A stretch of 55,289 nucleotides of DNA from Burkholderiales bacterium (GTDB lineage: Bacteria > Pseudomonadota > Gammaproteobacteria > Burkholderiales > Burkholderiaceae_C), in NCBI GenBank assembly GCA_028869005.1, contig JAGWTJ010000001.1, forward strand, positions 1-55,289, read 5' to 3'. Positions 23,863 through 35,383 of the stretch are shown here, one piece after another (the stretch's first letter is position 1; the number at the start of each line of letters is the position of its first letter). A program made the position numbers and the translations under genes. Under the pieces are notes generated by a model that saw nothing but the letters and a program-made list of their open reading frames with translations, did not search any database and was not told the origin of the DNA.

Positions 23863-24573
23863 CTAGCTACCGAAACTCGCCACCCACACCGCCGCCGCGG
23901 CACAGGCGAGCACGAGCACGAGCGCCAGCAGGCGCTGCGCGAGGCCGTCGGCCGAGGCCGGCACGCCGGGAGCGAGCCACTTGTCGCCATGGATCATCGG
24001 CGGCACCAGATCGGCGCGCTTGCGCACGCGGTAGTAGACGATGGCCGCGATGTGCAGCACGACGAGCGCGACGATCAGCTTGCTGCCGAAATGCCTGTGC
24101 CAGCCGGTGGCGGCCAGCGCGGTGGCGTTGGACACGAAGCGATTGAGCGGCCCGGTGTTGGCGATCTCGTCGTCGGCCACCAGGCCGGTGCCCACCTGCG
24201 CCACCAGCAGGCCGAGCATCGCCAGCACCGACAGTGCGCCGAGCGGGTTGTGCCCGACCCAGCTCCGGTCCTCGAGCACCGAGCCGCCGCGCAGGTAGTG
24301 CACGAGCCGCGCCGGTGTCGGCACGAAGTTCACGAAGCGCGACCAGTGCCCGCCGACGAAGCCCCACAGCAGCCTGAACGCGAGCAGCGTGAAGGCCAGC
24401 AAGCCGAGCCGCATGTGCCAGTCCACGAGGTTGCCGCCGATCTTGCCCGTGACCACCGATCCGAAGCAGGAAACGACGAGCGTCCAGTGGAACAGGCGCG
24501 TCGGCAGATCCCAGATGCGCACCGCGACGGCAGTGGGCGTCGGCTGGGTGATGGCGGGAGCGGGATCGGTCAT
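23863..24573 (-). CDS. Cytochrome b/b6-domain membrane protein
   Basis: VRIWDLPTRLFHW, WHMRLG, FRLLWGFVG, GHNPLGA, LHIAAI; divergent from cytochrome c'. Confidence 0.9.
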   Translation of the reverse strand: MTDPAPAITQPTPTAVAVRIWDLPTRLFHWTLVVSCFGSVVTGKIGGNLVDWHMRLGLLAFTLLAFRLLWGFVGGHWSRFVNFVPTPARLVHYLRGGSVLEDRSWVGHNPLGALSVLAMLGLLVAQVGTGLVADDEIANTGPLNRFVSNATALAATGWHRHFGSKLIVALVVLHIAAIVYYRVRKRADLVPPMIHGDKWLAPGVPASADGLAQRLLALVLVLACAAAAVWVASFGS

Positions 24574-24739
24574 GGCAGGCCCAACCATACCCTGCTTTGG
24601 CCCCGGCGTCGGCAGAGGCCGCCGACGCCGCAGCCGCGCCGCGATGCCGCTATGTACACTCGCCGGCCATCCGCTGCCACCCTGCGGCTCGACCCGATCC
24701 GATCATGACCTTCACCGAATCTCACAAGGAGTCCGCCGC

Positions 24740-25198
24740 ATGTACCGCTCGTTGCTCGCCACTGCCGTTGCCGCTGCCGGCCTCGCCGCCTCGCTGCCCG
24801 CGACAGCCCAGTTCCAGAAGCCCGAGGACGCGGTGAAGTACCGCGAGAGCGTGATGACCGTGATGGCCAACCGCTTCGGTCGCATCGGCGCAATGACGCA
24901 GGGGCGCGTTCCCTACGATGCGGCGCTGGCCACGCAGAACGCGGAGCTCGTGGCCACGATGTCGCATCTGCCGTGGGATGGTTTCGTCGAAGGCACGGCC
25001 GGCACCGGCAAGGGCCGCGCGTCGACCAAGATCTGGAGCGATCGCGCCAAGTTCGACGACGACGCCAAGAAGATGCAGGACGAGGTGGCCAAGCTCGTCG
25101 TCGCCTCGCGCACGAACAACCTGGACAACGTCAAGGCCGCCTTCGGCAATGTCGGCCAGGCGTGCAAGGCCTGCCACGACAACTTCCGCAACCCGTAA
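24740..25198 (+). CDS. Cytochrome c' (class II cytochrome c)
   Basis: AAGGAG RBS, signal peptide, QFQKPEDAVKYR, C-terminal CKACHD. Confidence 0.93.
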   Translation: MYRSLLATAVAAAGLAASLPATAQFQKPEDAVKYRESVMTVMANRFGRIGAMTQGRVPYDAALATQNAELVATMSHLPWDGFVEGTAGTGKGRASTKIWSDRAKFDDDAKKMQDEVAKLVVASRTNNLDNVKAAFGNVGQACKACHDNFRNP

Positions 25199-25222
25199 CG
25201 CTGCGCTCGGCCGACGCTGCGG

Positions 25223-25250
25223 GGCCCGCTTCGGCGGGCCTCGTCGTTTT
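25223..25250 (+). terminator. Intrinsic terminator after cytochrome c'
   Basis: GGCCCGC-TTCG-GCGGGCC hairpin followed by TCGTCGTTTT; lies between convergent genes. Confidence 0.75.
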
Positions 25251-25253
25251 CGA

Positions 25254-25982
25254 TCAGCCCGCGGCCGGCGCGGCAAAGCCGAGCACGACGCGGCGCGTCA
25301 TCGCACTTTTCTTCTCGATCTTGGTGACGACGACGGTGCCGATCTCGGCGCTGTTGGCGACGTGGGTGCCGCCGCAGGGCTGCAGGTCGACACCTTCGAT
25401 GTCGATGACGCGCACGCGGCCCAGACCGCGCGGCGGCTGCACGCTCATGCTGCGCACCAGCTCGGGGTGGGCGTCGAGCTCGGACTCGTCGATCCAGCGC
25501 TGTCGCACCGGGTGCGCCTCGGCCACCAGGCGCGCCAGGCCGGCCGTCAGCGCCTCCTTGTCGAGCGGCTCATTCATGTGGAAGTCCAGCCGCGCATAGC
25601 CGGCGGTGATCGAGCAGCCGTCCACCGGATGCGGCACCAGCGCACACAGCAGGTGCGTGGCGGTGTGAAAGCGCATGTGGGCGCGGCGCCGTGCCGCATC
25701 GATGCGCGCGCTCACCTGCGTGCCCGGCGCGAACGGCCCGAGGTCGGACCCCGGCGCGACGACGTGCACGATATCGCCGGCCCGCTCCTTGTGCTTGCGC
25801 GTGTCGACGATGGCGAGCGCGGTGCCGTCGGCCGCCGTCAGCACGCCGGTGTCGCCCGCCTGGCCGCCGCCCAGCGGATAGAACACCGTGCGGTCGAGCA
25901 CGACGCCGGCCTCGTCGAGCGCCACCACGGTGGCCGTGCACTCGAACAGGGTCGCATCGGCGCGGAACAGTTCTTCGGTCAT
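25254..25982 (-). CDS. Alanyl-tRNA editing protein (AlaX)
   Basis: LDRTVFYPLGGGQAGD, HMRFHTATHLL, QPCGGTH zinc motifs. Confidence 0.92.
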   Translation of the reverse strand: MTEELFRADATLFECTATVVALDEAGVVLDRTVFYPLGGGQAGDTGVLTAADGTALAIVDTRKHKERAGDIVHVVAPGSDLGPFAPGTQVSARIDAARRRAHMRFHTATHLLCALVPHPVDGCSITAGYARLDFHMNEPLDKEALTAGLARLVAEAHPVRQRWIDESELDAHPELVRSMSVQPPRGLGRVRVIDIEGVDLQPCGGTHVANSAEIGTVVVTKIEKKSAMTRRVVLGFAAPAAG

Positions 25983-27190
25983 GCGCGCTCCTCCAGCGCC
26001 TCGTGCAGCAGGCGCGCGAGCACGGCGACGCCGGCCTCGATCTGCGGCGGCGGCACGGTGACGAACGACAGCCGCAGCGTGTGCGCGTGGCCCGGCGTGG
26101 TGAAGAACGGCGCTCCCGGCACGTAGGCCACGCCGGCCGCCACCGCCCTGGGCAACAGCGCCACGGCATCGAGTGCGCGCGGCAGTTCGATCCAGAAGAA
26201 CATGCCGCCCTTCGGCACCTCGTAGCGACAGCCGGCGGGCAGGTGGCGCTCGAGCGCGGTGCGCATCGCGTCGCGCTGCGCCTTGTAGCGCGCGCGGATC
26301 GTCGGCACGTGCGTGCGCAGGAATCCGCCCTTGACGACTTCGTGCACGATGCGCTGGTTGAAGCCCGGCGTGTGCAGATCGGCCGCCTGCTTGGCCTGCA
26401 GCAGCTTGGGGTAGAGCGCGCGCGGGGCCACGATGTAGCCCAGCCGCAACCCCGGCGCCAGCACCTTGGAGAACGAGCCGAGGTAGATGGCGCCGCCGGC
26501 GGCCGCGAGGCTGCCGTGCGCGGCCAGCGGCGACGGTGGCGGCGTGTCGTACCAGAGCTCGCCGTACGGGTTGTCCTCGACCACCGGCAGTCCGGCGTCG
26601 ACCGCCGCGTCGGCCAGCGCCGCGCGCCGCGACGCGCTCACGCAGTGCCCGCTCGGGTTCTGGTAGTTCGGCAGCAGGTAGACGAAGCGCGCACCGCGCG
26701 CCGCGCCGAACGCCGCCGGCAGCGGTCCGTCGTCGTCGCCGTCGAGCGCGGCGAACTCGGGCTCGTAGGGTGCGAAGGCCTGCAGCGCCCCGAGGTAGGT
26801 GGGCGCTTCGACCGCCACCGCGCTGCCCGGATCGATCAGCACCTTGCCGACCAGATCGAGCCCCTGCTGCGAGCCGGTGGTGATGAGCACCTGGTCGGCG
26901 TCGCAGGCGAGCCCCGCCGCGCCGAGCTCGGCCGCCACCCATTCGCGCAGCGGCGCGTAGCCCTCGCTGGCGGCGTACTGCAGTGCGGCGTGGCCGTGAT
27001 CGCGCAGTACGCGCTCGGTGGCCTCGCGCATCGCCTGCACGGGGAAGGTGTCGGCCGCCGGCATGCCGCCGGCCAGCGAGATGATGCCGCCGCGCTCGGT
27101 GAGCTTGAGGATTTCCCGGATCGTGCTCGGGTTCAGTCGTTCGGCGCGGCGCGCGAGCCGCCAGGGCATGGTCATCGGTTGCGCTCTCAT
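25979..27190 (-). CDS. PLP-dependent aminotransferase class I/II (LysN-like)
   Basis: STIREILK, ISLAGGMP, TTGSQQGLDL, PNYQNPSG, EDNPYGEL, GSFSKVLAPGLRLG; ATGA overlaps with both neighbours. Confidence 0.92.
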   Translation of the reverse strand: MRAQPMTMPWRLARRAERLNPSTIREILKLTERGGIISLAGGMPAADTFPVQAMREATERVLRDHGHAALQYAASEGYAPLREWVAAELGAAGLACDADQVLITTGSQQGLDLVGKVLIDPGSAVAVEAPTYLGALQAFAPYEPEFAALDGDDDGPLPAAFGAARGARFVYLLPNYQNPSGHCVSASRRAALADAAVDAGLPVVEDNPYGELWYDTPPPSPLAAHGSLAAAGGAIYLGSFSKVLAPGLRLGYIVAPRALYPKLLQAKQAADLHTPGFNQRIVHEVVKGGFLRTHVPTIRARYKAQRDAMRTALERHLPAGCRYEVPKGGMFFWIELPRALDAVALLPRAVAAGVAYVPGAPFFTTPGHAHTLRLSFVTVPPPQIEAGVAVLARLLHEALEERA

Positions 27191-28197
27191 GGGTCGAGTG
27201 AAGGCGTGGTCAATGCCGGCGCCGCAGCGTCCGGCGCCACCGTCGCCGTGCGCGCGGGCAGGCGCCGCCCGAAGAACACGACGGCGACGACCGCCAGCGC
27301 GAACACGAGCGTCGTCGGCTCGGCGCGCTCGCCGAGCAGCGGCACCGCGGCCAGCAGGGCGACGAAGGGCTGCAGCAGTTGCACCTGGCTCACGCGCAGC
27401 ACGCCGCCCAGAGCCAGGCCGCGATACCAGGCGAAGAAGCCGAGCCACATCGAGAACAGCGTGACGTAGGCAAAGCCGGCCCAGGCGGCGGCGCCCACCT
27501 GCGCCAGCCCGCTCGGCCAGGTCGCGGCCATCGCCGGCAGCGTGAGCGGCAGCGACAACACAAGCACCCAGGAGATGACGTGTTCGGCCGGCATGCGCGT
27601 GGCGAGCTGGGCGCCGGCCACGTAGCCGACGGCGGCGCTCGCCACCGCCAGCGCGAGCAGTCCGTCGGCGGGCACCGGACGGCCGCCGCCGGCGACGAAG
27701 GCATAGGCGACGACGAGTGCGCAGCCGAGCGTCGCGCACAGCCAGAACGCGGGCGGCGCGCGATGCCGCAGGCCGAGCGCTGCCGCCACCGCCGTAGCGA
27801 GCGGGATCACGCCGGTGACCACGGCCGCGTGCACCGCCTCGACGTGACGCAGTGCCAGCGCGATGAACAGCGGGAAGCCGAGCACGGTGCCCAGCGCACT
27901 CAGCGCGAGCAGCCGCCACTGGCCGCCCTGCGGGCGCCGGGCGCGCACCGCCAGCAGGTAGGCCGCAGCCAGGATGCCGGCCAGCGCGCCGCGCCCGGCG
28001 GTCACGAACGACGGCGGCAGTTGCGGCGCGGCGGCGTCGCCGACCGCCATGCGCGTCATCGGCAGCGTGAGCGCGAAGATCACCATGCCGAGCGCACCGA
28101 GCGCGAAGCCGCGCGCCGCGTCGCGGTCGGCCTGCTCCATCGCGAGCGGCGCGCCAGCGGGCACGGCGAGTGGGGTCGAAGGATCGCCGGCGCTCAC
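27187..28197 (-). CDS. DMT/EamA family transporter
   Basis: Multi-TM; IFALTLPMTR, GFPLF, SMWLGFFAWYRGLALGG, RVSQVQLLQPF. Confidence 0.9.
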   Translation of the reverse strand: MSAGDPSTPLAVPAGAPLAMEQADRDAARGFALGALGMVIFALTLPMTRMAVGDAAAPQLPPSFVTAGRGALAGILAAAYLLAVRARRPQGGQWRLLALSALGTVLGFPLFIALALRHVEAVHAAVVTGVIPLATAVAAALGLRHRAPPAFWLCATLGCALVVAYAFVAGGGRPVPADGLLALAVASAAVGYVAGAQLATRMPAEHVISWVLVLSLPLTLPAMAATWPSGLAQVGAAAWAGFAYVTLFSMWLGFFAWYRGLALGGVLRVSQVQLLQPFVALLAAVPLLGERAEPTTLVFALAVVAVVFFGRRLPARTATVAPDAAAPALTTPSLDP

Positions 28198-28303
28198 CGA
28201 TGCAGTTTAGGGCGCGCGCGTCGCGTGCGGCCAACATCCCGAAACACCTGAAACAATCCGCGGCCAGCGTCGCCTGCGCGGCGCGCGGCCGAAAATCCGA
28301 CCC

Positions 28304-29068
28304 ATGATGTTCGACAGCACGCAGCCGGCCGAGACCTCGCCGCTGATGCGCGTGAGCGAGTTCCAGCGCTACCTCAGCGACAACGAGCGCGAGAGCAGCG
28401 CCGGCTCGACGCGCCTCAGCTCGCTCAACCCGTCGCTGCTGCTCGATCTGCAGCGCTTCGCGCGCCGCGAGCACGAGACCGACGCCGGCCTGCTCGAAGT
28501 GCTGGAAGTGCTGGCGGCCGCCGTGCGCCACGGGCGGCCGCTGCTGGTGCATCTGCAACACGAGTACCGCGTGCTGCCGCTGACGGTGTTTCCGAACGAG
28601 CACCAGATGCATTGCCCGCTGCCGGCGGCGACGCTGCTGTCGTGGCGCCTGACCGAGTTGCGCGTGCTGCACGTCGAACCGGCACGCCTGGCGCCGCACG
28701 ACCCGGCGCGGCCCGGTCCCGAGGCGCACCGCTACGCGCCGCTCGGGCCGCTGCTGTGGGAGCTGGCGCTGCGCGGCGCGCGCGACGCGCTGCTGCCCGA
28801 GATCGGCGGCGTCGCTGCTTATCGGGTGGCGCCCGGCGCCGACCTGTCGCGCCTGGAGCTCGGCGGCACGCTGGCGGCCGCCGTGCAGCGCCTGGCGCGC
28901 CAGACCACCAACCTGCGCGAGATCGCCGGCTGGCCCGGCTTCGACCGCGAGCGCGCGATGCGTCTGCTCAACGCGTTGTACCTGCAGGCGGCCTTGATGG
29001 TGAGCCGCTCGCATCCGGCGGCCACCAACCAGGACTGGTCGAGCACCGATCCGGCCTCCTTGCGCTGA
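28304..29068 (+). CDS. Hypothetical protein, possible C-terminal winged helix
   Basis: Normal globular composition and genome-typical codons; no family recognised. Confidence 0.75.
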   Translation: MMFDSTQPAETSPLMRVSEFQRYLSDNERESSAGSTRLSSLNPSLLLDLQRFARREHETDAGLLEVLEVLAAAVRHGRPLLVHLQHEYRVLPLTVFPNEHQMHCPLPAATLLSWRLTELRVLHVEPARLAPHDPARPGPEAHRYAPLGPLLWELALRGARDALLPEIGGVAAYRVAPGADLSRLELGGTLAAAVQRLARQTTNLREIAGWPGFDRERAMRLLNALYLQAALMVSRSHPAATNQDWSSTDPASLR

Positions 29069-29095
29069 AGCCGGCGGCCGTCGACGCCGCCGGCG

Positions 29096-31042
<1,947 letters not shown>

Positions 31043-31198
31043 GGATCCCTTCCGCGGCCGCCGCGGCACGTCGTCATGGCCCGGCGCCCCGGGACCGGCG
31101 GCCGCGCCATCCGGGCGTGTACCTGGGCGTCGATCCGCGCACGCTAGCACAGCGGCTGGGCCCGGATCAGCCGCGCCGCGCCACACTACCAGCGGCGC

Positions 31199-31456
31199 AT
31201 GCTGCAACGCCGCTCCTGGGTCCCGGCCCGCTCCGAAGATCTCGTGCAGACGCTGGCGGCCGCCGCGGCGCAGCGCTCGGTCGACGCCAACGACGCCGAG
31301 ATCGTGCGGCTGGGCATGGAGCCCGCGCACATGGAGGAACTGGCCGGCTACATCGCGCGAGCGCTGGGCAGCGAGCGTGAGGCCGCCGCCGTCGCCGCCG
31401 ATGTCACCGGCTTTCGACGGCGCTTCGGCGGCGCGCTGCGCTACGTGCGCGCTTGA
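31199..31456 (+). pseudogene. Internally deleted remnant of a serine hydroxymethyltransferase-like gene (85 aa)
   Basis: N-terminal RRSWVPARSEDLVQ and C-terminal EIVRLGM...ELAGYIARAL...VAADVTGFRRRF...LRYVR resemble, from recall, the two ends of an SHMT-like subfamily; no PLP core present. Confidence 0.6.
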
Positions 31457-31465
31457 CGCGCACGC

Positions 31466-32437
31466 TCAGCGCAGGGCCGCTTCGAGCGCGTCGACAAACA
31501 TGCGCGCCACGGGAAAGCCGCTCTGCGCGGCGATCTCGACAAAGCAGGTGGGGCTCGTCACGTTGATCTCGGTGAGACTGGCGCCGATCACGTCCAGCCC
31601 CACCAGCAACAGGCCGCGCGCGGCGAGCACGGGTCCGAGCGCCTCGGCGATCTCGCGGTCGCGCGCCGTCAGCGGCTGCGCCACGCCCTTGCCGCCGGCG
31701 GCCAGGTTGCCGCGCACCTCGCCGCCCTGCGGGATGCGCGCCAGGCTGAACGGCACCGGCCGGCCGCCGATGACGAGCACGCGCTTGTCGCCTTCGGCGA
31801 TGGCCGGCAGGAACTTCTGCGCCATCACCGTCTCAGCGCCCTGACGATTCAGCGTCTCGATGATGCTGCCCAGGTTCAGCCCGTCGTCGCGCACGCGGAA
31901 GATGCCCATGCCGCCCATGCCGTCGAGCGGCTTGAAGATCACGTCGCGGTGTTCGGCGTGGAAGGCGCGCAGCGCCGCCTCCTCGCGCGTGACGAGGGTC
32001 GGCCCGATGAACTGCGGGAACTCGAGGATGGCGAGCTTCTCCGGATGGTCGCGCAGCGCCGCCGGCCGGTTGAAGACGCGCGCGCCCTCGCGCTCGGCCT
32101 GGCCGAGCAGGTGCGTGGCGTAGAAGTACTCGCTGTCGAACGGCGGGTCCTTGCGCATCAGCACCGCGTCGGTGTCGCCCAGCGCGCGCTGGGATTCGTC
32201 GACGACGCGAAACCAGTCCGGCGCGTGGTGTGTGGCGTGTGCGTCGTGCCCCGGCCGTTCGAGCGTGATCTCGCGCATCGTCGCCGTGACGCGGGCGCCG
32301 CGCTGCCAGCGCAGATGGCGCGGCTCGCAGGTGAGCAGCCGGTGGCCGCGCGCGGCCGCCTCGACCATCATGGCGTAGGTCGAGTCCTTGTAGGTCTTGA
32401 ACTGCTCTAGCGGGTCGGCGACGAAGAGAATGTCCAT
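31466..32437 (-). CDS. gshB: Glutathione synthetase
   Basis: KDSTYAMM, MRKDPPFD, KPLDGMGGMGIF, GDKRVL, RGNLAAGG, TEINVTSPT. Confidence 0.96.
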   Translation of the reverse strand: MDILFVADPLEQFKTYKDSTYAMMVEAAARGHRLLTCEPRHLRWQRGARVTATMREITLERPGHDAHATHHAPDWFRVVDESQRALGDTDAVLMRKDPPFDSEYFYATHLLGQAEREGARVFNRPAALRDHPEKLAILEFPQFIGPTLVTREEAALRAFHAEHRDVIFKPLDGMGGMGIFRVRDDGLNLGSIIETLNRQGAETVMAQKFLPAIAEGDKRVLVIGGRPVPFSLARIPQGGEVRGNLAAGGKGVAQPLTARDREIAEALGPVLAARGLLLVGLDVIGASLTEINVTSPTCFVEIAAQSGFPVARMFVDALEAALR

Positions 32438-32490
32438 GCGAGATCCGGGCGTGGCTGACGCCAGTGTGGCACGCGGGCGGCGGCGGCGGG

Positions 32491-33135
32491 CTAGCGCTCG
32501 CCGGCGCGCGTGGGCGCCGGCGGCGGCCCTCCTTCGAGGTGTCCGGCATCGGCCCAGCGCTCGATCTCGAGCGTGCCGGCGTTCCAGCGCAGGCGATTGA
32601 GTCCGGTGTTCGGAATCTCGCAGGTGCGCAGTCCGGCGATCGGCCGGCCGAGCGCCGTGCGCCACAGCATGTCGAGCACGCCGCCATGCGTCATCAGCGC
32701 CAGCCGCGCGCCGGCATGGGCCTCGGCCAGCTCGCGCACGGTGTCGAGCACGCGGCGGTGGAACTGCACGAGGCTCTCACCCCCGGGCAATTCGTAGTCG
32801 CCTTCATGTTCGAGCCAGCGCGCCCACAGATCGGGATGCAGCGTCTTGATGGTCGGCACGTCCAGCCCGTCGAGGATGCCGAAGTTCTGCTCGCGCAGAC
32901 CGGCCAGCGGCGTCGGCTCGCGGTGCCAGGCGGCAGCCAGCGGCGCCGCGGTCTGGCGCGCGCGCAACAGGTCGCTGCTGTAGAAGAGGTCGTGCGGATC
33001 GGCCGCCAGGCGCGCGGCCAGCCGCTTTGCCTGCTGCACGCCGGCGATGTTCAGCGGCACGTCGATCTGGCCCTGGAAGCGCTGCAGCCGGTTCCAGTCG
33101 GTCTCGCCGTGGCGGATGAAGAGCAGCTCGGTCAT
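32491..33135 (-). CDS. Histidine phosphatase (phosphoglycerate mutase family)
   Basis: RHGETDWN, SSDLLRARQTA, LREQNFG, PGGES, THGGVL. Confidence 0.92.
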   Translation of the reverse strand: MTELLFIRHGETDWNRLQRFQGQIDVPLNIAGVQQAKRLAARLAADPHDLFYSSDLLRARQTAAPLAAAWHREPTPLAGLREQNFGILDGLDVPTIKTLHPDLWARWLEHEGDYELPGGESLVQFHRRVLDTVRELAEAHAGARLALMTHGGVLDMLWRTALGRPIAGLRTCEIPNTGLNRLRWNAGTLEIERWADAGHLEGGPPPAPTRAGER

Positions 33136-33257
33136 GGCGGGCCCGCAGACCCGGAGCGCGCAACGCGCCGGGTCGACCAGTGAACAGGGAATGAGCAGGG
33201 GATCGCGGCCGCATGCGGCCCAACGGCGAGCATAGCCGGCGCGGGCATACTCGGGCG

Positions 33258-33995
33258 GTGCACGACGACGAACCCACCCTGGTGTTGCTGCCGGGCCTGG
33301 CCTGCGACGCCGAGGCCTGGGACGGCATCGCGGCGCCCCTGTCGGCGCGCTGGCGTGTGCACGTCAGCGATGCGCACTTCCGCGCCGCCACGATGACGGC
33401 GATGGCCGAGCGGCTGCTCGCCGACGTGCGAGGACCGCTCGTGCTGGTCGGCCACTCGATGGGCGGCATGCTGGCGCTGGGCGCGCAGCGCATCGCGCCC
33501 GAACGGGTGGCCGCGCTCGCGCTGCTGGCCAGCAGTGCACGCGCCGACACGCCCGAACTGCTGCGCCTGCGCGGCGAGGCGGTGGCGATGTTCGAAGCCG
33601 GACGCGTCGACGAAGTGCTGCGCGCCAACCTGCCGTTTGCGTTGCACGCCGCGCGCGCCGGCGACGCCGATCTCGCCGAGCGCTACCTCGCGCTCGTGCG
33701 CCGTGCCGGCGCAGTGCAACTGGCGGCGCAGAACCGCGCGCTGATGGCGCGCATCGACAGCCGTCCGCTGCTCGCGGCCATCGGTTGCCCTGTGCTCGTG
33801 GTCTGCGGCGACGGCGACCTGCTCACGCCGCCCGAGCAGGCCCGGGAGATCGCCGCCGCGGTGCCGGGCGCGCAACTCGAAGTGCTGGCCGGCTGCGGCC
33901 ACATGCTGACGCTCGAAGCGCCCGAGCGCGTTGCCGCTTTGCTGCTGGCGTGGCTGGCGCATGCGGCGCCGGCGCGCCGGCCGCGCGTCACTTGA
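33258..33995 (+). CDS. Alpha/beta fold hydrolase
   Basis: LLPGLACD, nucleophile GHSMGG, GDGDLLTP, CGHMLTLE. Confidence 0.9.
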   Translation: MHDDEPTLVLLPGLACDAEAWDGIAAPLSARWRVHVSDAHFRAATMTAMAERLLADVRGPLVLVGHSMGGMLALGAQRIAPERVAALALLASSARADTPELLRLRGEAVAMFEAGRVDEVLRANLPFALHAARAGDADLAERYLALVRRAGAVQLAAQNRALMARIDSRPLLAAIGCPVLVVCGDGDLLTPPEQAREIAAAVPGAQLEVLAGCGHMLTLEAPERVAALLLAWLAHAAPARRPRVT

Positions 33996-34341
33996 CCGCG
34001 AATTCCTCGAGCGTGCGCCCGGCGGCCAGCGCCTGATGCAGCCAGATCGGGCGCTTGCCGCGACCGGCCCAGGTGTTGCCGTTTTCGTCGCGGTACTTGG
34101 CGACCTTGGCGGCGCCACCGCGGCGGCGCAGCACGCGCTTGCGTCCCTTGGCGGCGCCCGCCTTGGGGCCGGGCTTGGCGTGCCCGCGGCCCAGGCCCAG
34201 ATCGGCGGCGCTCAGGTTGTAGAACTGGATCGCTTCGCGGATGCGCTCGACGACGCCGTTGATCTCCTGCTTGCGCAGCCTTTCGGCCTCCGCCTTCAGG
34301 TGGTCGATCTGCTTCATCACTTGCGCGTAGGTTTTGCTCAT
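33988..34341 (-). CDS. hns: H-NS family nucleoid-associated protein
   Basis: N-terminal coiled coil, basic linker, AKYRD..GNTWAGRGKRPIWL. Confidence 0.92.
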   Translation of the reverse strand: MSKTYAQVMKQIDHLKAEAERLRKQEINGVVERIREAIQFYNLSAADLGLGRGHAKPGPKAGAAKGRKRVLRRRGGAAKVAKYRDENGNTWAGRGKRPIWLHQALAAGRTLEEFAVK

Positions 34342-34515
34342 CGTCGAATGCCCGGTGAATGCTCCCCGTGATCGCTGCGATCGCTCGCGCCGGCGTCTCG
34401 TGGAAATGTCGGCATTACGCGTTCATTTCATGCGCCATGGGCTTGGACGATAGCACGGCGGCGGCGCCATCCGGGTGCGCGCCCGTTACACCGATAACGC
34501 ACCGAGCGTCGATCT

Positions 34516-35370
34516 TTAAAAACTGCGCGGATCGAGCCGATAGCAGCGGCGCATTTCTTCGAACAGGGCGGGATGCTGCTCAGCCAGCGCATCGGGCCTT
34601 TCGAAGAACACTTCGCTGACGACGGCGAAGAATTCGGCCGGATCGGTGGCGCCATACGGATCGATGAGGCCGCTCTCGCCGAGCGCCAGCCGCCGTTGCA
34701 GCGCCCGGTATTCGGCGTTCATCACCTGCGCCCAGCGCTGCTGGCGACGCCGCCGCGCAGGCGCGCCGCGCGAGCCGCCGCCTCCGAGAAAGGGCGCGCC
34801 GTTGGCGCGGCCGGTCTCCTGATCCAGTTGATGCGCGAATTCGTGGATGACGACATTGGCGCCGTCGTGCGCGTCGGCGGCGCCGGCCAGCACCGCATCC
34901 CAGGCCAACACCACCTGGCCGCGCTGCCACGATTCGCCGGCGAGCACGCGACGCGATTCGTGCACGACACCGCCGGCACCGGGCTCGGCACGATCGACGA
35001 CGAAATGCGCCGGATACAGCAGCACCTCGCGCAATGCCGAAAAGCCGAAACCGCGTTCGAGCAGCAGCAGCGCCGCCTGGGCCGCGATCAGCACGCGCAT
35101 TTCCTCGCTCACGACGAGCCCGCCGCAACCGACGAAAGGCACCTCGGCCAGCAGCACCTGAATGCGCGGTTCGAGCCGCAGCCGGGTCGCGTCGGACAAT
35201 TCGGCATAAAGCGGCATGCGCGCGCGCAACCACTCGCGCCAGCCGTCGGCAAAAGGCCGACGCACGACACGCGCGCGACGCAGCGCCACCCACGCCGTCG
35301 GGCCGGCCAGACCCGAGGCGACCAGCAGCGCGAGCGCACCGAAGAAGACGAGCGCTGCCGGCAACGACAT
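34516..35370 (-). CDS. M90 family zinc metallopeptidase (MtfA-like)
   Basis: LAGESW, NVVIHEFAHQLD, IDPYGATDPAEFFAVVSEVFFERP; N-terminal TM. Confidence 0.9.
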   Translation of the reverse strand: MSLPAALVFFGALALLVASGLAGPTAWVALRRARVVRRPFADGWREWLRARMPLYAELSDATRLRLEPRIQVLLAEVPFVGCGGLVVSEEMRVLIAAQAALLLLERGFGFSALREVLLYPAHFVVDRAEPGAGGVVHESRRVLAGESWQRGQVVLAWDAVLAGAADAHDGANVVIHEFAHQLDQETGRANGAPFLGGGGSRGAPARRRRQQRWAQVMNAEYRALQRRLALGESGLIDPYGATDPAEFFAVVSEVFFERPDALAEQHPALFEEMRRCYRLDPRSF

Positions 35371-35383
35371 CGACGCTCAGGCT

